A stretch of 64,000 bases of DNA, taken from NCBI GenBank assembly GCA_964016885.1, contig OZ024748.1, positions 25,048,001 to 25,112,000 on the forward strand, given 5' to 3'. Source of the DNA: Eledone cirrhosa. Its lineage: Eukaryota. A model generated the notes under the pieces. It was given only the letters and a program-made list of their open reading frames with translations, was not told where the DNA came from and did no database searches. Made by a program: the position numbers and the translations under genes. Shown here in pieces: positions 51,985 to 64,000 of the stretch (the first letter of the stretch is position 1; every line of letters starts with the position of its first letter).

Positions 51985-53200
51985 ACAACTAGTTAGGAAA
52001 CTACAAGTATAATCCATTAATGGAACAGTAAAAATATGTAAAACATTCCAAAAAATGTTCATCTAATAACTGCATTTACACATGTACAGATACAAAGCAT
52101 ATACACATGCACACATACAACTCAAAACATCCACATATACAATAACATCCATATCTACACATGCATGGATACAAACATATCTACCTAGTTGCCCAGGTTT
52201 ATGGGCATGAAAAAAAAAATATCATTAGAATAGCGACTGATCTGGAGGAGAGATATGGAATAAAGCCTGATATAAATCTCTCACCCAGAGAAATCGGAAG
52301 ATCCTATTCAATGTTCAAACAAGATGAAAAAATTGACCAATTTACAGAAAAAGTTGTGCATGGATACTTGAGACGTAAAACACAGACCATAGAGGGGATA
52401 AACCACTCAAAAAGCCTGGCATAGAGTTCCGTCAAGTATATGACATCACACCTTGAGGGATATCTGTATGCAATACAGGAACAAGAACTCCCTACCAAAT
52501 ATCTGCTGCACAAAAGAGGTGGGCCAGCAGCTGACAATAAATGTAGGCTATGTAAAACAAAGATCGAGGATGTAAGCCACATTGTTGCCAGCTGCGAAAG
52601 AATGTCATCTCGCTACTACCTCCCCATGAGACACGATGGGATAGCTAGAACCATCTGGAACGCACTTCGGAAAACAAAATTAACAACAAACGAGGAAGAA
52701 TATATTGAGACAGATGGCACTAAGGAATACTGGTGAAACCTGAAAATAAAAACTGCCACCAAATTAAAGCACAACCGGCCTGATATTGTTGTTTGGGACC
52801 ACACATTGAAAACGTGTTCTGTTGTGGAGATCAGCTGTCCACTTGATGTAAACGTTGTCAGAAAAATACAGGAGAAGGAGGACATCTACGGACCATTGAT
52901 GAGGAGTTTACAAATCCAGTATCCAAGATACACCTTTAGCTTCATACCCATCATTATTGGAGCTACGGGTTATATACCAACCCGCTTGGACCAAAGTATA
53001 ACTGAACTTGGATTTGCGGACAAAAAGCGCAGCTCCCTAATTCATAGTCTACAAATGGCTGCGATAGCTGGCACCTTCAAAATTTGCAAAACATTCTTGC
53101 GATTCAAGGGATGACAATTTCTTTTCTTTTACAACCTTGCCACCAGGAAGGTGGCTGGTCAAAAAAAAAAATACTCGAAATTAAGAGAAAGAGATAACAT
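51985..53200 (+). mobile_element. Chimeric R4/Dong-like insert: subfamily B tail (51985-52191) fused to subfamily A 3' region (52189-53200)
   Basis: The A part is near-identical to 34890-35892, with independent stops. TTG microhomology at the junction; ends in CATA-like repeats. Confidence 0.85.
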
Positions 53201-53230
53201 GCATAGATACATACATACATAAATACATAC

Positions 53231-53785
53231 ATGGTGGCTGCCAACTCGTTTTCGAGTACGGCCACTACTTTATATCCATGTAGGAGAAACCCTACCGAAG
53301 CGCTGAACGAGTGTGACTTTTTAGTCCAGCCAGCGACTTGAAAACTCTGGTACAAACACTACACTTGTGACAATTATTGACACATAGTGCTAGGCCCATG
53401 GTACCATGTGAGGACAAGTGCAGAGAGATCTCCAGATATAAAGCAATGCCTGTGCCGTGAAGCTTTTATAGTGAGCAAAGGCACTGCACAAAGCCAGTCC
53501 CACTCTCTTAACCAAGATGATATTTACCAAAAAGAAGAACAAGTCAACATCATTGGATACCATCAGGGTTGCAGGTGTTATATCAGAGTTTTCCTTCTCC
53601 TAGAATTCTGCCTTGACAAAGGCTAAGGGGTCATCTCTCCCGGTGATTTGGGATGGCCATTGACTCTTAAGAGCTCCTTTGCCCTTTGACAGGTTTTGTT
53701 TTTAGTCCTGCAGGATGTCCAAAGTCACCCTCCTCACCAAGAAACCTTGGTGGGGTTGCCAGTTTAGTCGCCAACGACCCGACCA
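53231..53785 (-). mobile_element. RTE-like short element, copy 3
   Basis: Near-identical to copy 2, with the same 5' truncation point. Confidence 0.8.
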
Positions 53786-53839
53786 TACATACATACATAC
53801 ATACATACATACATACATACATACATACATACATACATA

Positions 53840-54270
53840 CTTACATACTCCACCCTGATTACACCTTCAGATTTATGCCTGTGATTATTGGGGCACTGGG
53901 ATATGTTAGTAACTGCCTCAATACAAATCTTGAGAAGCTAGGCTTCACAGGAACAGAAAGAACACAACTAGTTAGGAAACTACAAGTACAATCCATTAAT
54001 GGAACAGTAAAAATATGTAAAACATTCCAAAAATTTTGCATCTAATAACTGCATATACACATGTACAGATACAAAGCATCTACACATGCACACATACAAC
54101 TCAAAACATCCACATCCACACATACAATAACATCCATATCTACACATGCATGCATACAAACATATCTACCTAGTTGATGTGTAAATTCCAATGGGAAAGT
54201 CTTGTGTCTATGTTAGAAACCGACTCTCTCTCTATTGGTAAAACTTTGTGAAATTATAAAACCAGAAGAA
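53840..54270 (+). mobile_element. R4/Dong-like subfamily B 3' end and UTR
   Basis: ILHPDYTFRFMPVIIGALGY...KICKTFQKFCI*. Flanked by (CATA)n on both sides. Confidence 0.85.
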
Positions 54271-54712
54271 CATACATACATACATTTGTTTGTGTGTGTA
54301 TTCCTAACCTTCCCACGTCTATCTGTTCTCTCATCCGAACTTTCCTAAAGAAAGACTTCTGTCCGAAACGTTGAAACCTCCTCCACTTCCTCCAAGCGTG
54401 AACCTAATATAACTGTGTTTTGTTTTGTTTCATTTATTAACTATATGTATATTTAGAATTGTAACTTCAACAAAACTTCATTTAACAATGATTGCAAATT
54501 CTACCATAGTACATATTGTCAGGAACTAAAGATGGCGGATGTCTATTTGGTGATAGGGAACATGAAATGATTATGGGTGACAGAAACAATAGATAAAGAG
54601 AAAATATATATTGTAAAATATACCAAAAAGAAGAACTAGATATATTGTAAAATATATAGAGTAAAGGCAAATGAATATGGAAATGGAGAACATACACACT
54701 CATCATACATAC

Positions 54713-54763
54713 CTCGACCTCCTGCCTCTAGTTGACGTGACACGAGGTGTCGGGGCGAGCAGT
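54713..54763 (-). CDS. 51-nt phase-2 microexon (LLAPTPRVTSTRGRRS)
   Basis: Branch-like TACTTAC, acceptor TTTCTGTTGCAG, donor GAG/GTATGT. GC-rich against its flanks and phase-compatible with the neighbouring exons. Confidence 0.55.
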
Positions 54764-55439
54764 CTGCAACAGAAACGGCCGATCAACAGAGAGAAGTAAG
54801 TATATGGAAAGAGCAAATGGAAGTTGAAAACGACGATGTCACACAGAGATAGATAGAGATAGAGAGAGAGAGAGAGAGAGAGAAATACAAGATTCACACG
54901 TGAGATGGAGGTGCCAACTACGAGAGGGTGAAGGATAAAAGTTTGGGAACATTCTCTACAAACGAGATTATATATTTGTAGTTTTATCTAGGAACTACAA
55001 CTAAGACATTGTCATGCTGTCATCATGTGATATATTGATTGAATTCAAAAAAGGATGAATGCTTATGTACTACTGATATTTCCGTGGTTACATGGGAGAG
55101 GGCAGCAAGGCAAATAAAACTATCATTGTTGGTGATTTATCTACTAAGATATATTATTACAACACAGTTCTAAGTGTCACACAAATTACTTCATGCAGGT
55201 TTCAGCGGTTTTAGTTACATTCAGTTTATCTTTTTTAAATAAATAATGAAGTAATGGGGAAAAAAAGAATAACAACATATTAATAAAAAAACATCGAAGA
55301 TTTCCACATGAGAATTGTTATACGTATTAGAAAATAAGGTTTTTCTATTTTCATACAAATGTGAAACAGCACGTGAGAGGGGGAAGAGTGAGAGAGAAGC
55401 TAATATAAGAGATGTAGATGGGGGTAAAGAATATAAGGA

Positions 55440-57055
55440 TTACTAATTTAGATACAAGGCCGGTAATTTTAGGGAATGGACAATGTCGGTCATATTGAAA
55501 CCTCTTTCACCACCATCCTCGGTACTTGATTGGTATTTTATCGACCATGGAAGGACGAAAGGCGAAGCTCACCTCGGTGGTATTTAAACTTAGAATGTAA
55601 AGAGCCGTAAGTAAATGCTGTGAAGCACCTTGTCCGATGCTCTACCAACTCTGCCACTTCACCACCGTGGAGGTAAAGAGCATAACTACCACCAATATGT
55701 TTGGAAATTATTTTAATTATGGTCAAATACCGTGTATTTGTCCGTGTCCACTGAATTTTTTCTCTGATTTTTCTCGTAAAACACGTTACTTAGCTGTTCT
55801 TACTGATCTGTACGATAACGACAGAACAATCTAAAACCATGAAATAACGTTATATCTCATCTGATTCCACCCACGAGATCTCGTACATCCATTTTAATAT
55901 TATCTATCATTATATCCCACCGAGGTTTGAGTTCAAATCCCGCCGAGGTTAACTTTGCCTTTCATCCTTACGGGGTCGATAAAATAAAGAACCAGTAATA
56001 CGCTGGGATAATTGCTGGCCTTGTGCCAAAAGTAGAAACAATTATATTTCCTCTACGGATTGGCAGTGTCGGTAGAAGGTGGGACGCCATGCTTTGATGC
56101 ATAGAGTTCCGGCCCTTGCCATTCTGTGTTCAAATCCCGCTGAGGTTAACTTTGCCTTTATCCTTACGGGGTCGATAAAATAAAGTACCAGTAATACACT
56201 GGAATAATTGCTGGCCTTGTGCCAAAAGTAGAAACAATTATATTTCATCTACAGTTATGTTGTTAATTCTGACGCTTATGTCTGTTTCCCCATAACTGGA
56301 ATGGACCTCTGTCAGTTTCGACGGTGAGTGTTCCATTTCAACGGAACAACCTGCTCGTGAAATTAACGTGTAAGTGATTGGGTAGTCCATAAACAAGTGC
56401 ACCCTTAACGTAATTCTCAGGGAGATTCGGAGGTCCATCGAGTCGTGTGTGTGTAGAGAGAGACATTTAGCTTTGTATCTAACAATAACAAAACAATAAC
56501 AAGAATGGTTTCTTATATAGGCACAAGGCCGGCAATTTTTTTTTTAGGGGGGGGGGGTCGATTAAATCGACCCCTGTGCGTGACTGGTACTTTATTTTAT
56601 CGACCCCGTAAGGATGAAAGGCAAAGTTAACTTCGGCGGGATTTGAACTCAAAGCATGGCGTCCGACCCTCTACCGATACTGCCAATCCACCGCCCTAAT
56701 AATAATAATACTAAATATGTTATTACTGAAAGTACAGGTCGGTAGGTGGCGGCATTGACAAAACAACAAACAAAACGTCATCCGCCATTTTAGTTCTCTC
56801 TCTCTGCGTTTTAACGTCGACCATACCTTCCCCCAATGTTTAGAGACTTCAGTTGCTAATGTAAAAATGTATTATTGGCAGTATCGTTAGAGGGTCGGAC
56901 GCCATGCTTTGCACCACAGTTACGTCCCTTTACGATCTGAGTTCAAATCCCGCCGAGGTTGACTTTGCCTTTCATCCTTACGGAGTCGATAAAATAAAGT
57001 ACCAGTAATGCACTGGGTCATTTGCTGGCCTTGTGCCTAAAGTAGAAACAATTAT
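55440..57055. mobile_element. Cluster of SINE family 1 and 2 copies in both orientations
   Basis: Family cores at 55440-55660 (-), 55925-56240 (+), 56278-56430 (-), 56507-56697 (-) and 56875-57055 (+). Confidence 0.8.
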
Positions 57056-57290
57056 TATTGTTTTTATTATTGCTGACCTCGTCCTATTAATGTAAAACAC
57101 TGCTTCTTGTTTGTTGTTTTGTTATTTTTTTTATTTCGTTTGTATATCATGGCCTTTGTGACCAATTTAAGAAATTCTACTACTACTACTACTACTGCTG
57201 CTACTACTACTACTACTACTACTATCATCAGCGTCATTATTATTATCTTTTTTGTTATGTTCAACTTTAAAGATGACATAAAGCTCTAGA

Positions 57291-57353
<63 letters not shown>

Positions 57354-57589
57354 GTGTACATGTAAACCCACGTGATTAAATGCTGTAGTGCTTCAATTAA
57401 ATAACAATTAACATTTAAGCAATTACTCCAACAAGTTGTTGGTCAATATAAGCTATCTTTGTTTAATTAAGCTATTAAAGTCGGAAGTTAACAGCAGAAA
57501 TAAAACCGGTAATTACATTGATATGCTTAAGAAAACAACAACAAAAACAAAATGTGTCCGTCTTAATCGATTGACTCGTTCGACAAGAT

Positions 57590-58530
57590 ACCAGACCTCT
57601 GTTGTTTACCGAGTTGGGGAGGAACTCGTCAGATCAGACCAAGGAAACAATGTTTTCATAGTCTTTCCATTGCTGATATTATCTACTGCTCGCAATTCTT
57701 GGCAGAAAGAGCGATGTGAAATAAAGTGTCTTGTTTAAGGATATAACGCATCGCCCGGTCCGGGAATCGAATTCACAACCTCGTGACCTCGCGATTGTGA
57801 ATCCAATTCTCTAACCACTCAGCCACACGTCTTAATAGAACCTGAACATTCTGATAACATTACTTACAGCAATTAGATAAAACAGGTAAAACCTGTGTCT
57901 CAGATATTACGGCAATGAAATACATTTATTCAACAAATCGAATACAACAAAGTTAACAACAAATACTAAACGTTCAAATATTGCGGATACAGCATGGCCG
58001 AATGGTTAAAATGTTTGCTTCGCAATCTTTAGGTCGCAGATTCAGTCCCACTACATGACACCTTGGGCAAGTGATATTTACCATAGCCTCGAGGAGACTG
58101 AAGCCTTATAAGTAAAACTAGAAGTACGTCGGTCTTATCATACATCGTGTCACACTAAATCTACTTGAGAACTACGTTGAGTGCACACTTATCTGGAGAA
58201 TACTCAGCCACTTATGTGTTAATTTGACGATCAGCTGTTTGGTTGTTCGAACAAATAGAACATTCGTCGAATGGTTTAGAAATTTGCTTCACAATCGTTA
58301 GGTCCCGGGTTCGAGCCCACTTCATGACATCTTAGACAAATGTCAATCACCATAACGTCGAGTGAGACACATGCCTTGTGAGTGAAATTGGGTAGACGCT
58401 GGATCTCACTGAGAATTACTTTAATAGTACACGTGTTTGTGTAATACTCAGCCGTTTATTATATATACGTTAATTTCACGAGCAGTTGATCGAACAAGTG
58501 GCACATTCATTGCCAAAACCGACGGAGGTC
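57590..58530. mobile_element. SINE family 3 (-) followed by two family 2 (+) copies
   Basis: Homology to the other copies in the window. Confidence 0.7.
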
Positions 58531-59222
58531 CATTTCAAATATTATCTCTATTCGGCATAAACAATTTTCCTAAAAATAACCACTAAACAGCACAGAATTT
58601 GAAATTCCACTAAAATCTATATTAACTCAATTACACAGCAGAAGTTCAATAGGTTTTATAAAATATAGCAGCATTGCAGTAATTCAATGAAACATAAAAA
58701 CTTGCCTAGTGTTATAGAAAATAATGATTTTAGTCTTATTCAGACGGCCTTTGGGGAAATACTTTCGAATTAATAAATTCCCTGTATATTATTACAATTA
58801 CCGAGTAGTGAGAACAATGCTGTACAATAAATCAATGTAATCTAACATATTCTACCCCTGTCATATCTCCATTTCTTTGGCTATAAAACTTTTGTTAAAC
58901 CATCGATATGTAGAAAATGTTCATTGTTTGAATATTTTCTCTTTGACGGTAATGTAAAATATTGAATTCTAATTTAGGCACTAGGGTAGAAAATTTGGGG
59001 GGGAAGGGCAAAGTTGATTATATCAGTCCCCAAAACTTGACTGGTACTATATTTTATCGACGCCGGAAGGATGAAAGGCAAAGTTGACTTTGGTGGGATT
59101 TGAATTCAGAACAAATACCACAATGACGTTTTATCCAACGTTCTACCAATTCTGCCAATCCAACATTCTCAGTAATGATGTTAGATATTATCAAAGTACA
59201 TGTCACTGAATCTAACTTGTGA

Positions 59223-59301
59223 CGAAGAAGAAGAAGAAGAAGAAGAAGAAGAAGAAGAAGAAGAAGAAGAAGAAGAATTAGAAGAAGGAGAAGAAGAAGA
59301 A
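59223..59301. repeat. (GAA)n microsatellite
   Basis: Direct reading. Confidence 0.95.
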
Positions 59302-60332
59302 TTCGCAATATCTAATTTACAATATCTAGTTTGTAATTTGTACATATTAGAACAAGATATCAGCACTTGCTTCTATAATACTTCCTCCCACAATTTCCGT
59401 CAGTGAACGCTGCTTTTTAAATCAAGATTTAATCATGTAATTCTAACCTTCTCCGACAAAACATTGAGCTCTAAGAAACAACGAGGCTTCTTCATCGTAA
59501 GAAAACAATTAACATCCTTTCAGTTTTTCTAACAAGTTAGATATGTGTGGCTAGTGACAGATTTCTCCTAACAATGTCCTACATTTCAAGGAGGTCGACA
59601 TATTTAGAATAAAATAGATTCTAATAAGCCCACTACGACTTGTTGCTGAGAGAAAGTAGAGAAGCTGACTTTCTTTATCGAGAAACATTCATTAATATAT
59701 TTATCAGTTCCATGTAGCAACGTGTTCAATTTAAACGAAATAATGCCATATTTTTCTAATTACGAAAGGTTATCAGAAAGAAAAATGTTGTGATATCTTT
59801 TATTTTTGTTGTAACAATTGTTATAACTGTTGTTGTTTGCACAAATTAATTCAGAAGGGTTTCGACATGGAAGCTATGAGAAACCAAAGTAGCGTCAACC
59901 GTCAAACATCTAACTCCTTAGATTCTTTCTCCTGACAATCAATGTTGAATGATTTTCACAGAAGAGGTAGGCGTAGAAATAAAGTCAACAGATGTGAGAG
60001 TTCAAAGACAAAAGCATTGTTGGTCAACTATTAACCATGTGACTAGCCTTATCTAATTATTGTATTAAAAAAGATAATGTTTATAATGTTTATATTGCTT
60101 CATTATTCTATAAATCATTTCATAACACTTTTAATGATTCCAGAAGTAACTTGAAAAATGTCCGTTGTAATACAAGTGACATATATATTATTATATTATT
60201 ATTATTATTATTATTAAGAGTCAGGACCCAAGGGCTGAGCTCTTGCTTCTTCAACGGCTAGTTCCTGACTACTACTCCAAATATCGAGTGTTCTGTTGAG
60301 TAATGGTTTTACTAGTTTAAACTGGTTCTATC

Positions 60333-60387
<55 letters not shown>

Positions 60388-61596
60388 ATACTTGGGGAGG
60401 GTCATATTTGTGTAATATTGCCAGAATTAATAACAGAACACACTCACTATTTGGTTGGTTTTCGCTTTTCGCTTCTGTGTCTTCTATATCGGTAATCTAA
60501 TTTATTCGGTCCTCAATGTTGCCATTGACTGACCAACGGTCAAAAATAATACAGATACAATATAAACACAAACACATATATATAGTTTATCAAAGTTCTT
60601 TCGTTGCACATCTGCAACATCGTCAGTGGTGCTATTGTTTCCTCCCGTTGCATTGTATTTTCTACGCCATCTTTATTTAGTCTGTTTATATATTTATTTA
60701 TTTGTTTATTTTATTTTGTCTTCTTTGCGCATGCGTTTGCGCGTGTGTATAGTGTTTTGTTTGATGTGTGTTCGTGATTGGGTGACTGTGTGTATATATA
60801 TAAACCCACTTAGTATTGATGGTCACAAGAATGAATACTCAATGCCATAGTAGAGAGTAATATTTCCTTTATTAAACCTAAGTTTGAGTCTTGTTAATCC
60901 CTCTGGAGTTTCTCCTGTGTATTCACATAGTCGTCAGAGAAAACAGCCTTGTCTGATAACCCTGGGAGTACACATGAGAATCTCCAGAGTAACATTCGGC
61001 CTAAATAAAAATAAATATATTTTAAAAATAAAAATACAATCTCCATTGATAATTAAAACTGAACGGGATAGGGAACAATCAATAAAAGAAACAATACAGA
61101 ATTTCTTATTTATTGATTTTAACATCAAAATATAGTTTAACATTTCTTCATGTGTTTGATTAAAATATGATTTAACAAATTCATTCAGTTACCAGTATTC
61201 CTTTGTGTCTAGCATGCAACATTATTCGTGCATGGATGCAAAAGCGTGCACACAAATGCATGCATTGGTGGGGAACACAAGAAATTGCAAACAAAAGATT
61301 TTTTTTTTTTTAAATAATTATTAACATAAAGATTAGATTATTATTGCATTGCAAAGGTAAACTGGTGTTGCGTGTGTGTGTGTACGTGTTTGTGTGTACA
61401 TAGGTGTGTACGTGTGTATGTGTGTGTACGTGTTTGTATGTACGCCTGTGTGTGCGCGTGCGCGATCGCGCGTTTGTGTGTATAAACGATCACTATACAT
61501 GTATTGCAAAAGTAAACTGGAATAGTGAAAAGTGAACATCTTGCATACTTACACAAGATCTGTTTGTGTGTATGTGTGTTTACACGTGTGTGCGCG

Positions 61597-61638
<42 letters not shown>

Positions 61639-62096
61639 TGTGTGTGTGTGTTTGTACAAAACATTCACTACAAGTATTCTGGGTTTATAACTAGCCAGTG
61701 AAACTACAATTCAATGAGTGAGTAGTTCCGTTCCGCTAACAAATGGAACATTCGGCGTCAGACGCCACGGTGAAGGTGACAACGCAGCTATTATTACGGG
61801 GTCGATAAAATAAAGTACCAGTAATGCACTGAATAATTGCTGGCCTTGTGCCAAAAGTAGAAACAATTATTTAAACCTTCCATCCGTGTTTTAGCAAGGA
61901 GTGTATTATTGGCTTATTTTTGTCTCGCAAATTTTCTCGGTGCCAGCTTTACTCGTTAACAAGCTTTACTAGTGTTTTTTATTGTCTTTTTTTTGTTTTT
62001 CTTCTTCTTTTTTGTGGGGGGAGGGGTGTTATCAAAATCTATTAACATTGTCCCTGTCCCCTAAAATGTTATTTTATTACATTTAATTGGTCTTAC

Positions 62097-62236
62097 TTTT
62101 GTTTTATCTTCTTTATCTTCATTAGTTTGTAAGGTACTCCAATTGCTGTGATTTTACTACCGTCTGACAACCGATACCACCCCTCTTGTGTATTGATGTA
62201 GGTTGGAGTCAATACAACTGACACAAGAATTCGAAC
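62097..62236 (-). CDS. Coding exon (VRILVSVVLTPTYINTQEGWYRLSDGSKITAIGVPYKLMKIKKIKQ)
   Basis: Long U-rich tract then TTTTCCAG, donor GTAAGA, 140 nt. Only phase 0 is open, exiting in phase 2. Confidence 0.65.
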
Positions 62237-62991
62237 CTGGAAAATAAACAAAAGTAACAAAATAAACAAAAACAGAAAAAATAAAATAATAAAATTCAAA
62301 AGAAAAAATGAATAAAGTTTCTTTTAAAGGGGATATTTGACAATATTACAATATTAACAATTGTTAGAAAATGTAGAAATTTCAGACGCAGAAAATAACT
62401 GTAAACACAATCGATTGTTATAAATAATAGCTTAGAAAATTCCGGAATTTGAGAAGTACGAAGTTCCATTCTTTGTAGTGGCTCCTGGCCCCTTTTTCTG
62501 TCTTTAAGATTTTTTTACCCGATTTTCTAAGCTATTCTTGATAGAAATCGACTGTATTTACTTTCTGTGTTTGAGATTTATAGTTTTTTTTTTTAATTTC
62601 AATCAACTCCGAGTTTTACTTTTGAAATATTCAAAATGTTTTGTTTTGTTTTTTTAATTTTTGATTTTTAAGAAATGCTGCAAACCAACACTCATATAGG
62701 ATTATTGAATTATTCCCCCCTCCGAAATTATTCCCACGAGGGCGCAACTCTAGCCAAGAGTGTAGAGTTTCACTTCCAATCAGTCTTCCCCTTTTCGATT
62801 ATAAAACTTTTATCGGCCCCTTTTCTCTTTATCTCTCATCCATTATATTATTTTTATCCTTTTTAAAAAATATTAATACTTGTTCAAAATAAATAAATAA
62901 TATATTTTGAGAATTAATATATTAAGAGATATTTTAGGAATGTTAAAATGAAAAAAATTTGCTAAAAAGTTAAGTCATGAAAATATTGTTG

Positions 62992-63199
62992 TTAACTCTT
63001 AACATCCTGTAATGATTCAGCAGAAAATATCTCAAAACGGATTTATTAATTCAAATGTTTATTGTATTTTTACTAAATTTGCAATATTAGAGTAAAGACT
63101 TAAATTTTTAATGATATGCAGCCACAGTGCTGTTTTTTTTAACCTTTCAAAGACGTTTTGCTAATGCAGTTTCATGTGATACAGGATGTTAGGATTTAA
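62992..63199. mobile_element. ~200-bp TTAA-flanked piggyBac-like MITE
   Basis: TTAA-CTCTTAACATCCTGTA ... TACAGGATGTTAGGAT-TTAA (14/16 TIR match). Confidence 0.65.
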
Positions 63200-63426
63200 A
63201 GAATAAATCTGAGCGAAATCAAATTCTAAATCAGGTTGGAGTGTTTCCTCTTCAATCAAAACTATCTAGCTGTCAAGCCACTTATATCTATATATAATTT
63301 ATAGGTGAAATTCTAACTCACTAACCTAAATAATCGTTTCGTTATGAGGTAACTACTGCAGATACACTGAATTCAGAAATTATTTAACAGATTATCGAAG
63401 TTTTATATAGTTTCGTACAAGCTGAC

Positions 63427-63480
63427 CATTATTATCAACAAGAAAAAGCCACAGATAAATAATAGATTGGAAATGCACAT
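63427..63480 (-). CDS. Candidate first coding exon (MCISNLLFICGFFLLIIM, signal/anchor-like)
   Basis: ATG preceded by an in-frame stop; donor ATG/GTCAGC in phase 0; upstream acceptor TATTTCAG near 63612. Confidence 0.45.
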
Positions 63481-63717
63481 AGCAAATTGGCTACTATAAC
63501 GGCTCCACGCATGCGTATTTCAGTCACGTAAGGCAGAAGGAAATAACACATAAATCTTTTCTTTTTTGTTTTGAACCGCTTCCGTTTCACATTTGAAAAG
63601 AGGGTATAACCCTGAAATATTATGTTGAAATATACTGGGTAAAACATTACTTTGTTTTATTTGTCATCCTTCACCCTTTATATATTTGCCTACCACATTA
63701 TACCGGCTTTTTAAAAT

Positions 63718-64000
63718 TTATCAGTCATTTATTATATATCTCATAATACTTCATATTTACTATACAACTTATCAGTCATTTATTATATATCTCATAATAC
63801 TTCATATTTACTATACTACTTATCAGTCATTTATTATATATCTCATAATACTTCATATTTACTATACTACTTATCAGTCATTTATTATATATCTCATAAT
63901 ACTTCATATTTACTATACTACTTATCAGTCATTTATTATATATCTCATAATACTTCATATTTACTATACTACTTATCAGTCATTTATTATATATCTCATA
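63718..64000. repeat. 51-bp AT-rich tandem repeat running off the window end
   Basis: TCAGTC recurs at 63721, 63772, 63823 and onward. Confidence 0.95.

Overview
Eukaryotic, AT-rich, repeat-dominated DNA. Dense (TA)n/(CA)n/(TATG)n microsatellites and tRNA-derived SINE families make a cephalopod (octopus-like) genome the most likely source; this is an inference. Almost all ORF-track entries are read-throughs of repeats. Main content: (1) Phase-compatible spliced exons on the minus strand (63427-63480, 62097-62236, 54713-54763, 5458-5750, 3512-3650). Joined, they encode a hydrophobic N-terminus, a basic linker and a domain resembling bacterial VirK proteins. (2) A 27-bp minisatellite that is a tandem amplification of one of this gene's splice donors. 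(3) Several long fold-back elements and dispersed repeats carrying minimal type I hammerhead ribozyme motifs of the Penelope-like-element kind, including a U3-A8 covariant core. (4) Two nests (32-38 kb, 51-54 kb) in which R4/Dong-like RLE non-LTR retrotransposons and a short internally deleted RTE-like element join at (TATG)n/(CATA)n tracts. (5) Tandem arrays with units of 74/44, 48 (~14.5 kb), 28, 56 and 51 bp. (6) TTAA-flanked MITE-like elements and a CRE-like LINE tail. All family assignments come from motif recognition by eye; no searches were run.
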